Source: Patescibacteria group bacterium
Lineage (GTDB): Bacteria > Patescibacteriota > Microgenomatia > Levybacterales > UBA12049
DNA: 64,000 bases
Direction of reading: 5' to 3'
Assembly: GCA_035946335.1 (NCBI GenBank)
Contig: DASYZL010000019.1
Coordinates: forward strand, 12,414-76,413
The first letter of the stretch is position 1. Every line of letters begins with the position of its first letter. The notes below the pieces were generated by a model that saw only the letters and a program-made list of their open reading frames with translations, did not search any database and was not told where the DNA came from. Position numbers and translations under genes: made by a program. Of this stretch, positions 1 through 12,558 are shown one piece after another.

Positions 1-581
<581 letters not shown>

Positions 582-780
582 TTACTCGTTACTCATTTTC
601 AGCGATACGATCAGAAATAATATAATAGATGAAAAATCTTCCAAACGCTTGAAGTGCCATCTCTGAACTATATCAAAATATTCTATATCTATATCATCTG
701 CACCTAAATGAGATATATTCATTATAGTAACCTGCGTGTTGTCTTGCAACTCTTTTCACGCAGCGATATAATACTCGTAC

Positions 781-1986
781 ATGGGGAAACAGATTCTCAT
801 TTCTCTGGGCATTCTCACCTTTCTTGTTTTAGGAACCGTTGCTGTCGTTTTATACGGCACGGGATATCGTTTTGGATTTGCCAAGAACGGCACGTTTGTT
901 GTAGGCACAGGACTTCTTGTGGCAACAAGTACTCCAGACGGCGCACAGGTTATTATCAATGGACATTTAAGTACTGCTACTGACAACACGATTAACCTCG
1001 CCCCCGGAGAATACGATGTCAAAATTTTTAAAGACGGTTATTTCGCATGGCAAAAGAAAATTACGGTACAACAGGAAGTTGTATCAAAGGCTGATGCAAC
1101 GCTTTTTCCTGTTACACCAAATCTTGAGAGTATTACCGATACCGGCGTATTAAACCCTATCCTGGATCCTTCTGAGACAAAGATTGCTTATGTCATCGCT
1201 TCGCAATCTGCAACAGTAAATGGCATCTATGTATTAGATATGGGGAGCAGATCGCTTCTTACCTTACAAAGCAACGCAAAACAAATTCTTGTTGATGCTA
1301 CAGGCTTATTTTCTCAGGCAACATTATCGTGGTCGCCGGATGGACAAAGTATTCTTGCAAGCATTCCTTCCGCGTTGAATCCGCAAAAACCTACCCTTTA
1401 TCTCCTTGATGCAAACAATATGAATACAGCCCCTCAAGATGTCACCGAAACGTTTACAACAACAATTCAACCCACCTGGACAAAGGAAATTACTGACAAG
1501 GAACATGCGCAGATCAATTCACTTCCTCCTACGCTTGCAAAATTAGCTACTGCTGATTGGCACATCCTGAGCTGGTCTGCTGATGGAACAAAGATCCTCT
1601 ATCAGGCGTCTAGTTCCGCGACCATACCACAAATTATCAAACCAGCTCTTATTGGAACGGATTCAGCGCCTGAGGAGCGAATGCTGCAACAGAGTGGCAT
1701 ATACGTGTACGATACCAAGGAAGATAAAAATTTCAGTGTTATTGCTGCTGACAAAACAAGCGCAGATTATAAAATTACCTGGCTTCCTGATTCAAAGCAT
1801 CTGCTCTATGTATACAACAAGCAAATTGTCATCATGGACTATGATGGGCTTAATCCGATTATCGTCTATGCAGGGCCGTTTATTGACAGTTCTGTATTCC
1901 CCTGGGCTGATCCAACGAAGATTGTCATTCTGACAAATTTGAATAATCCCGATATTAATCCTAACCTATATACTGTCGGCTTGTGA
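781..1986 (+). CDS. Membrane-anchored PEGA-domain protein with a C-terminal TolB/WD40-like beta-propeller region (hypothetical).
   Basis: 401-aa ORF with an N-terminal TM helix (ILISLGILTFLVLGTVAVVLY). It has a PEGA-like segment (PDGAQVIINGHLSTATDNTINLAPGEYDVKIFKDGY) followed by W/D-rich repeats (WSPDGQSI, WSADGTKI, WLPDSKHL). Confidence 0.55.
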   Translation: MGKQILISLGILTFLVLGTVAVVLYGTGYRFGFAKNGTFVVGTGLLVATSTPDGAQVIINGHLSTATDNTINLAPGEYDVKIFKDGYFAWQKKITVQQEVVSKADATLFPVTPNLESITDTGVLNPILDPSETKIAYVIASQSATVNGIYVLDMGSRSLLTLQSNAKQILVDATGLFSQATLSWSPDGQSILASIPSALNPQKPTLYLLDANNMNTAPQDVTETFTTTIQPTWTKEITDKEHAQINSLPPTLAKLATADWHILSWSADGTKILYQASSSATIPQIIKPALIGTDSAPEERMLQQSGIYVYDTKEDKNFSVIAADKTSADYKITWLPDSKHLLYVYNKQIVIMDYDGLNPIIVYAGPFIDSSVFPWADPTKIVILTNLNNPDINPNLYTVGL

Positions 1987-2016
1987 TGGATGAAGATACC
2001 CATTCTCCAAAATTCC

Positions 2017-2718
2017 CTACTTCGGTTTTGCAATCACGAGTAACCGTTTCCAGGTCGTTCCCGGAGGCCAGCAGGTTTGAAGGATAAGTTGCTTTGGACT
2101 ACTCCTACTATTTGTCAGATAACTTACATCTGATGGCTCAACAATTTTGCTACCTATAACTGCATAGTCGTACCGCTTTCCTTTATAGAATAAGGTCACA
2201 CCATCTCCTATTTGCAAATCTTTTAATAGGTAAAATACCGCATTATACAATCCAACATCCCAAAAACTATCTGTAGAGTGTGCAAAGAGAAAAATTGATC
2301 CGTTCTCATTGGGCAACGCGCTTCCAGCCGCTTGCGCAACTCCTTTTTTAAGAATAGGCAGATAGGCATTTTCATCTGCTGTATTTACATTGGCAAACAC
2401 AATCGAATTTGCGCCTATTTTCGGTATCAAAATATCAAAATTGGTATCTTTCGGTATCATCACTTGTTGATTCTGGTCAAAAGTAAAAAGATTCGCGTTT
2501 GTATTCTGTGAACGTAATAACTTGCCGAATCCGGAAATATCGCCAGATTGTGGATTGACAACCACATATTTCACTCCACGCCACTGGTCAATATGGAACA
2601 GTACCTCAAAGTACAACGCGGGACCGAATGTAGCACAGACGCCGAATATTGCAAAGAGGATCAAAAAATTACCGATGGTCTTAAGTAACAAAAAGCGGAC
2701 AATTTGGCTATGCGTCAT
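2017..2718 (-). CDS. Sortase-family transpeptidase (membrane anchored).
   Basis: 233 aa with an N-terminal TM. The C-terminal motif QLILQTCWPPGTTWKRLLVIA matches the sortase catalytic TLxTC...R signature (compare S. aureus SrtA QLTLITCDDY..WEKRKIFVA). There is an upstream His (LFAHSTD). Confidence 0.7.
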   Translation of the reverse strand: MTHSQIVRFLLLKTIGNFLILFAIFGVCATFGPALYFEVLFHIDQWRGVKYVVVNPQSGDISGFGKLLRSQNTNANLFTFDQNQQVMIPKDTNFDILIPKIGANSIVFANVNTADENAYLPILKKGVAQAAGSALPNENGSIFLFAHSTDSFWDVGLYNAVFYLLKDLQIGDGVTLFYKGKRYDYAVIGSKIVEPSDVSYLTNSRSSPKQLILQTCWPPGTTWKRLLVIAKPK

Positions 2719-2763
2719 ACTGTTATTGTAGCAGGTTTCAAAACAGGACCAATAATGTTTAAG

Positions 2764-2835
2764 TACCCTTGAGCAGAATCGAACTGCTATCTACGCGTTA
2801 GGACTGCGTTGCTCTATCCATTGAGCTACAAGGGC
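2764..2835 (-). tRNA. tRNA-Arg, anticodon CCT.
   Basis: The manual cloverleaf is GCCCTTG-TA-GCTC-AATGGATA-GAGC-A-ACGCA-GTCCTAA-CGCGT-AGAT-AGCAG-TTCGATT-CTGCT-CAAGGGT-A. The T-loop TTCGATT is canonical. There is a G1·U72 pair and an A31·C39 pair. Confidence 0.6.
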
Positions 2836-2876
2836 GTGTTTGAATTTTACCACAAAAGAAGCTAGAATGAGTTGCA

Positions 2877-2948
2877 CGGGGTGTGGTGCATCGGTAGCAC
2901 GCAGCGTTCGGGACGCTGAGGTACAGGGTCCAATTCCCTGCACCCCGA
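2877..2948 (+). tRNA. tRNA-Pro, anticodon CGG.
   Basis: The manual cloverleaf is CGGGGTG-TG-GTGC-ATCGGTA-GCAC-G-CAGCG-TTCGGGA-CGCTG-AGGTA-CAGGG-TCCAATT-CCCTG-CACCCCG-A. The acceptor stem is perfect. The T-loop TCCAATT is atypical. Confidence 0.55.
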
Positions 2949-2997
2949 CAGAACATTATTTATCAAAGCTGCATTCTGAAAAAATATTAACGCAGTT

Positions 2998-5900
2998 TTA
3001 ATTCACAATCCACCAGTCAACAAAAATGCTTTGTGTTGCTGGCTTATCAAGTGTTATTGAAAATGATTTACCTGCAATTTTATTGCTTACGCCTATGTTT
3101 ACAGGGCTACTTGCCGTTACAAATATCTTTGATCCACCAGTCACAGCGGTAGTTTGTACAACAACATTTGTTGTTCCTTGTGAGATAGTTACAGTACCAA
3201 GAGATGCACTTGCTGTATTGGAAGTATCCACGTCATATTTCTGTACTGTCATTGCTGCATGTATTTGTATATTCCCACTCGTATCAATCGTCACTTTCCC
3301 ATTCTCGAAGTCTACTCCTGCTTGCGCAAGAGACTGCACTTTCAGTAATGTTGATAGGGTGTTGATGGTTGCGCTTGCTGTACCAGTTGAGGTATCCATG
3401 CCATTGATACTTAATAATCCTGTATCGATGGCTCCTGTTACGCCAAGATCTGAGAGAACTGTCCGTCCTAAAACACTCAGACTTCCTGAAACTGTTGCAT
3501 CCTCTGTTGCAACACCCAACACTGCCTGCATTGCACTGCTTGATGCAAGAGCCTGATTGAGATTTATCTGTTGTTGCACCTGTGCAAGCTGCTTTGACAG
3601 ATCAGCAATTTTTCCAATCTGTGCAGAGAGAGAAGCTGTTTCAGTTTGTAATTGCGATACTGTTGCAGAAAGACTGTTGAATGTATCCGGTGTTATGCCA
3701 TTTTCTGTACCTGCGTTTTGCTGAGATGTTGTTGCAATAATACCTGTACTTGGTTGATTATTCACCGCCAAATTGAATGACGTTGTACTCAGTGGTTGAC
3801 CATTGACTGAAAGATTACCACTATCTGTAAGTTGTATACTTGGGTCGAACCAGCTCAGATTCACAAAAACCAAGATTTTTCCAACAGCTTGTGGATCAGA
3901 ATCAGTATAATTTTCTAATGCTCTCCCAATTGTCCATCCTGATTTAGTTGCTTTCATGGCAACACCAGGGATAGATGATGCAGTTAACATATCTCCAACT
4001 GCAATAGGTCCATTGATGGTTGAAACCTTGGTTGGGACTCTCCCTGAAAGTGCTACGGGTTTAGGATGAATTAAATCTGTTTTTCCTCCGTCTTCAGAAA
4101 TATCAGTGAGTAAGAATCCCGGTTGGGTCGAAATTATACCGATCACGTTACCTCCATTGAACGTGGTTTTTTGGACTCCTTTATTTACAGTTGCGTCAAG
4201 AGAGACAACATCTCCTGGTTCGAGCACATTATTTTTATCAGAATAATTTTCAGCAAGGTCTGTCGAACTGGCGGTAAATGCATTTGCCCAATATACTAAA
4301 TTGCCGCCAGCGGTAATACACGTATGGCCAACTTGAGTTCCTGCGTTATTTTGAATAATGATTCCTTTTGGGCTTCCATTTGCGCAAGCTGAGGTTCCAG
4401 GTAATTTCCATATAATGGTATTGTCAGTTGCGCCGCTTGCCCAATCAAATGTTTGACCTGATGTTCCCCACTTAATACCCCCATTGTCTATTTCTAATTT
4501 ATCTCCTGGTGTCGTCGTGCCTATCCCAACGTTCCCGTTCTGAGTGATGACAAACCGGTTCAAACCGGAGGAGGAAGCAGTGAACAGATCTCCTACTCCT
4601 GAGTTGTCATCAACCAGAGAAGCAAAGGAGGTTTTGCCAGATATGGAGGCAACAGATATTGTTCCGGAGTTTGCTCGAATATCCAATGTTGCCAGTGGAG
4701 ACGTATTGTTTGGTCCTATTCCGATATTGCCTCCATTATCAATATAGAGTCTAGGGGTGTTAAGACCTCCAGTATAAAATTGTAAATTTCCACTCACCTG
4801 ATCTGCGCCTATTGAATTAGTTCCGTTTCTACTTAATCGTAATACTGGACTACTTGCTGATGTATCTAGAGAAATATTTCCCCCTGAGCCCGCTGCAACT
4901 AAAGTGTATCCCGGTGTCGTCGTGCCAACACCTATGTTTCCATTCTGGGTGATGACAAATCTGCTCAAGCCACTGGAAGAAGCAGTGAAGAGATCACCTG
5001 TTCCGGAATTATCTACTACTAATCCGGCCAAGGAGGTTGTTCCGGAAAGAGAAGCAATAGGAACTGTACCAATCGCTGAAGAGATATTTATCTGTCCCTG
5101 TAGGGATAGATTGCCATTGATTCCCGCACTGCCAAACAGCTGGGTATTGCCGGTAACTTCCAAATTACCATTACTAAAAATATTGCCTGCATAAATACTG
5201 CCACCTGCACTGCCTAACCCTCCTCCGCTTGCAGACGCAGAAGCGAGAGACTGCCCTGTCAATCCGATTAAATCCAGGTTTCCCGCAATAGACACTCTGG
5301 CAGTTGAAGCATAATACACGGTTGTTGAGAAATTACCCCCCTGTGGACCACCACCAATGACGTAGAAATACCCATTTGCCGTAACTGCAGACGTAAAGTC
5401 TCTTGCTGCGAGGACTGGAGTTGCATTGGTATTCCATGTTCCGACAGATCCATCACTGTTAAGTTTCGCGTAGTAGATCGTTGTCTGATCATTAGTGCCA
5501 TCGTCTCCGGTAAGCCAGTAAATATACCCATCAGCAACCAGGGATGCTCCTGCAGATCTGGCGGTAGGCATTGAGTTTGCATTTAACCACGCTCCGGTAG
5601 ATCCATCACTGTTAAGTTTCGCGTAGTAAACACTTGAGGAAGCTGAAACGCCATTAAATCCTCCTAAAACATAGAGAAACCCATTAGCAACAACTGCCAT
5701 CGGCTCTTGCAAATTTTGTGCTAGATTATTTGCGCTATTCCATGCCCCAAGTGACCCGTCAGGATTGAATTTTGCGTAGTAGACGGTATTTCTTTGATTA
5801 CCAGCACTAAGAGATCCTGCAATCACATATGCATATCCATTGGCAGCAACTGCTGCGGACATTTCTCTGGTAAATGGCAGTGCGTTGCTATTGGTAATCC

Positions 5901-8166
5901 ACGTTCCGATGGTTCCATTCGCATTCAATTTCGCATAGTACACGGTTGATTGAGAACTCCCTGCGTTATTACGACCTCCGAACACATAAACATAGCCATT
6001 ATTAACAACCGAAGAATTGAAGCGTAGTGTTTGAGGCAAGGCAGTAGTGGGAATCCAGTTACCGGTAGACCCGTCAGCATTCAATTTCGCGTAGTTTACC
6101 GTCGCTACTACGCCCCCTGCAGTATTTCCACCGATATAGTAGACATAACCGTTTGCTTCAACTGTTGAGCCTGCAGCGGCTGCTGTTGGCAGACTGTTGG
6201 TGCTTGTTGACCAGGAACCAATTGAGCCATCCTGGCCTGAATTGAATGCTGCTGTTTTCTGATTGACATCCAATCCGTAGGCTGGTGTCGTCGTGCCGAT
6301 TCCAACATTCCCAGCTTGGGTAATAACAAATCTATTTTGCCCTGATGAAGAAGCGGTGAACAAATCACCAGCTCCTGAGTTGTCAACGACGAGACCTGCA
6401 AATGATGTTGCGCCCGAGATACTTGCTGTTGGTTCAGTACCGTTTAAGCTTCTTACATCAAGTGTTCCCAGAGATCCAGTTGCACCAATAGATAAGGTGT
6501 TCGTTTGTGTTGCCGGAGAGAGTACGCCACTGTTTAACTGCCAGAAGCCGTTCTGACCGCTTGACGCTGAGGTGATGAGATTTTTGACATATAAATTATT
6601 CCATTCCAGAGATGAAGAACCTAAGTTATAGGTATCTGTCACGTTTGGCCCTATATTACCCGCAGTTTGCAGAATAAATGAAGATGGATTTGTTGTACCG
6701 ATCCCAACATTTCCATTCTGATTAATGACAAATCTATTCAGTCCGGAAGAGGAAGCGGTAAAAAGATCACCCTTTCCTGAATTATCGACCACCAATCCAG
6801 CAAATGAAGTTTGCCCAGAGATGGAAGCAACAGCAAGCGTACCTGAGTTTGCCCGAACATCAAGCGTACCTGACAGCGTGTTTGTTCCTGTTCCTATGCC
6901 TACACCGCCGGAATTGGGTTGTAGCGCTAATATGGAACTTGTCAACGTAGAACTTGCTGTCACTTGAGATACTGTTCCATTTTGGAAGAGTTGCAGCGCA
7001 TTGCTACTGTTACTACCATCAATTTGTAATTTCTCATTATTAACAGCATCATATAACAGGAGTAACCCGCTGTCAGGTAGTATCTTTGTATAGTTACTAG
7101 GATTGTCAACAAAGGTAAGATTATTGTTGAAATAAATTCCTGTCGCGAGTCCATTTACATCTCCTATCCCTACTTTGATACTTCCGTCAGTTCCTAGTAC
7201 CTGGAATTTTGCAGAACTTGTTGCTGTCCCACCTATGAGTAGATCGTTTGATATATTTGTCGGAGAGAGAGCACCGGAGTTGAGTTGCCAGTAACTTGCA
7301 CTTAAACTTGTAGATGCTACCCACGATGGTGCTAATCCTGTTCCATTGGATTGAAGCACATAACCGCTAGTACCAGGGGAAAGAGAAGTGAAGGAAGAGG
7401 TACTGTTTGCATACAGAACTCCATTCGCAGTGAACGAACTCGGTGCAAAGCTATCGGTAAGGGTAAGTTTCTTGTTGCTGGTGTCCGAGGAAATACTGAT
7501 GCCGCTTCCTGCGTTAATCGTCAGAGTATCTGAGTTGCTTCCTGCTGAGAAGCTTGTTCCGCCACTGGTTATGGTCTTGAAGATATTCTGACTTGAACCG
7601 GTATCGCTATTGGCGATGGTCAGTCCACTGATGGAAATACCACTACCTTGGGTAAAAGTGAGTGCACCGGTACTCCCTTGCAGGGACAGGACACCGCTAT
7701 TTGTAATGGTTGGATTCTGACCACCGCTGGATGTAATACCGCTCCCTGCTTTGATGGTATAGAGAATATTTGCTGCAGTGAGGGAACCTGATCCAAGATT
7801 CAATCCTTTATTTTTTATGTACACATTACCGTTGAAATTCGAATCGCCATTGACCGTTAATCCCTGGCTGAATTCTGAGGGGTAATTAAATATTAATTTT
7901 GCGTTTATGGGCTGACGTGTCGTACTTGAAGCAGCAAGGACAGATTGATCGTTTTGTTGCTCTGTGGGTTGCGAAGTATTGTTTATAATTCTTGGCGCAA
8001 GGATTGTATAACCGAAATAGCCCGCAGTACCGAAGGAGACAAATAACACAAAAATAACCGATGCAAATGCAAGATGTAATTTCATTCCCTCCAGAACGCG
8101 TATCACCTTTACAGGCAGAAATAAGTTCATTTTGTTCTCTCCAAATACACAGAAGTTACCACCCAT
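2998..8166 (-). CDS. Giant secreted/cell-surface repeat protein of 1722 aa. It has a signal-anchor, four copies of a ~50-aa SISG..[20 protein letters not shown] module, a six-blade Kelch-like propeller, a conserved ~100-aa GD.VS...IPGV domain, a coiled-coil and a C-terminal FVDWWIVN tail.
   Basis: Single 5.2-kb ORF. N-terminal TM: [24 protein letters not shown]. Alternative in-frame starts lie at 8130 and 8085. Module repeats: [60 protein letters not shown], four times. Kelch-like repeats: [10 protein letters not shown]...[16 protein letters not shown], six times. ORFs on the opposite strand inside it are low-complexity artefacts. Confidence 0.8.
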   Translation of the reverse strand: [1722 protein letters not shown]

Positions 8167-8331
8167 CGTGAGTGGCGTTTATTCTTCTATATATAGAAAA
8201 ACAGGTCTTGTGAAAAATTGCAATGGGTAAACTGCAATAGTCTATTCCATAGTGGAGATAACGCTCTATTGATGAGAATTTATGAACGTTTATACAAATA
8301 AATACAGGGAGGGCAAACGCAAATGCTTCAT

Positions 8332-8598
8332 TTATACCGATTCTATATCAAGAAAAATAGAGACTTTATTTTTTAGTACTTTTATAACTCCCCTTTGAAT
8401 AGGTATCGTTTTTTTGTCAACCTTTGTTATAGATAATATCACCTGATTTTTTATTAAACAGATAAAATTTGCGTGCAACGGTAATACATCGAACACCCCT
8501 CGTTCATTGTATGACGTTACCGCATAGACACTCCCCTGAAAAAGAGTATTCTCCGGATTTTTAATAGTAACAGATAGATTATTGCTATCTATTTGCAT
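8332..8598 (-). CDS. atpC: F-type ATP synthase epsilon subunit.
   Basis: 88 aa. ...GVFDVLPLHANFICLI... resembles the epsilon N-terminal beta-sandwich. It is the last gene of the atp operon, directly after atpD. Confidence 0.7.
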   Translation of the reverse strand: MQIDSNNLSVTIKNPENTLFQGSVYAVTSYNERGVFDVLPLHANFICLIKNQVILSITKVDKKTIPIQRGVIKVLKNKVSIFLDIESV

Positions 8599-8606
8599 AT
8601 AGTACT

Positions 8607-10839
<2,233 letters not shown>

Positions 10840-10852
<13 letters not shown>

Positions 10853-12306
10853 AAATTCTGAAGTTTATTTCCTTCTTTTTTAATCACGCTGAGAAATTCG
10901 TCAATTGTTTGTAGTGACATAAATGATGCAAACAATTCTTGATACGTTTTTTCTTGTGCTTTTTCAATCAATATTTTCTCGGTAGAACGAACATGCTCCT
11001 TGTCGCCTTGGAGCATTCCGTTTAACAGTAATCCTATCATAACAAGCTGGATTTCAAGCGGAATGAGAAGGTGTTCTGACTGATCAAACAGGGTAAGAAT
11101 TTGCTCGCCGCGCTGAAGTGTTATTTTTGCATCTTCGGATAATTCCTGACCAAAATATGACAACGACTTGACCCGATTATAATCAGCCAGGTGTGCTGAA
11201 ATACGACTGGCAAGCTGAGATGAAAGTTTATTCTGTGTTTGTTTTCCTACACGGGTTATAGAAAGCTCAATATTGATACTCGGCCGTCTTCCCTCATAGA
11301 AAATATCAGTGTCAAAAAACAAATGGCCGTCAGTAATGCTCATGAGATTTGTTGTCAAATAATCACTCACATCTCCCTCAAGCGTTTCAACGACAGGAAG
11401 ACATGTTATAGCAACTTCTCCTTTTTCTTTATGCGTAAAGTTCCCTGCCCGCTCAAGCAAACGGGCATATGTATAGAAAATATTACCTGGGTACGAGTCA
11501 CGTCCGGGATATTTTTTGGCAATCAATGAGAATTCACGATAATACTTTGCGTGCGTCAACAAATCATCGAGCACGAGAACAACATCACTTCCTTTACTCG
11601 CAAAGTATTCCGCAATAGTCATCGCACTAAACGGTGTCAAATAGATAAGCCCAGGTGAATCAAGAGCATAAGAAGCAACGATAACCATGTTTTTTGCCAT
11701 TTTATTCTTGCTTATTATGCTCTCAACAAGAGCAATATCGCTCTTCTTTTTTCCAATTGCGCCATAGACAATTATTGCTCCTTCCGCTGCCTGTTCCTGC
11801 ATTGCGTTAAGAACAAATGAACTTTTCCCTGTTTTTCTGTCGCCGAGAATTAACTCTTTTTGTCCCTTGCCAAAGGGCAAAAGCATGTCAACTACAGTAA
11901 CGCCAGTCAGGAGCGGACGGGTAATCCGTTTTCGCCCTAAAATACCCTCAGGAACTGTGTGAACCGGAAACAAATCAGGAAGAGATGGTATGGGAGTAGA
12001 AAATGAGAGAGACCTACCAAGCGGTGAAATTGTTTGCCCTAAAAGGGCTTCTCCAGCAGGAATTTGTAATGCTTCATTCGTTCTGACGAGTCTGCTGCCA
12101 ACAGAGACTGGTTCCGAAGAAAATACGAGAACGCTTGCTTCATCTTTATACAATGTGAATACTTCACCTATTTGTCCGTCTTCAAATAATACTATTTCTT
12201 TTATTCTTAACCCGGGTAAACCTCTTACCGCAACGACCGGGTGATTAATCCGGATTACCTCACCGTACTCCTCATATGTATTAAGATAGTGAGAAAATGT
12301 CTGCAT
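10840..12306 (-). CDS. atpA: F-type ATP synthase alpha subunit.
   Basis: 488 aa with GDRKTGKSSFVLNAMQEQ (alpha P-loop) and the LLRPPGREAYPGD-like motif (REFSLIAKKYPGRDSYPGNIFYTYARLLERA). Confidence 0.92.
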
Positions 12307-12312
12307 AGCATT

Positions 12313-12558
12313 TTATTCTGCAATCCCAAGTTTTTTTGCAATAGTATAGTCCTTATGTTTTCCATTGTACTCGATAATTGCTCCTGCAATAAGATTTGTA
12401 TCTATGGTAATATCCAGTTGCACTGGCTGATGGATTTCTTCTGTAAACCAGTCTCTGATTGATGCAAGCTGTTTTTCCGTTGGATGAAACGCCAAAGTGA
12501 TATGTGCTACTTGTGGCATTGCTTTACCTGTTTGAGGAGGTTTTTCTATAACAGTCAT
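12313..12558 (-). CDS. atpH: Truncated ATP synthase delta (OSCP) subunit. Only the C-terminal domain is present.
   Basis: 81 aa. ...QLDITIDTNLIAGAIIEYNGKHKDYTIAKKLGIAE aligns to the delta C-terminal domain (..[27 protein letters not shown]..). Its start overlaps the atpF stop in an ATGA arrangement, which suggests translational coupling. Confidence 0.65.
   Translation of the reverse strand: MTVIEKPPQTGKAMPQVAHITLAFHPTEKQLASIRDWFTEEIHQPVQLDITIDTNLIAGAIIEYNGKHKDYTIAKKLGIAE

Noticed and set aside
3026-3556. Antisense ORFs inside the giant genes (e.g. 3026..3556, 4544..4747, 4904..5194, 6293..6556, 6725..6967 on plus; 34524..35333, 36288..36782, 37668..38090 on minus).
   Set aside because: They lie opposite long, clearly coding, repeat-rich ORFs. 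Their translations are low-complexity P/V/A/S strings that mirror the sense-strand G/S/T repeats. The repeated appearance of near-identical antisense peptides (..EEAVNRSPTPELSTT..) simply reflects the sense-strand module repeats.
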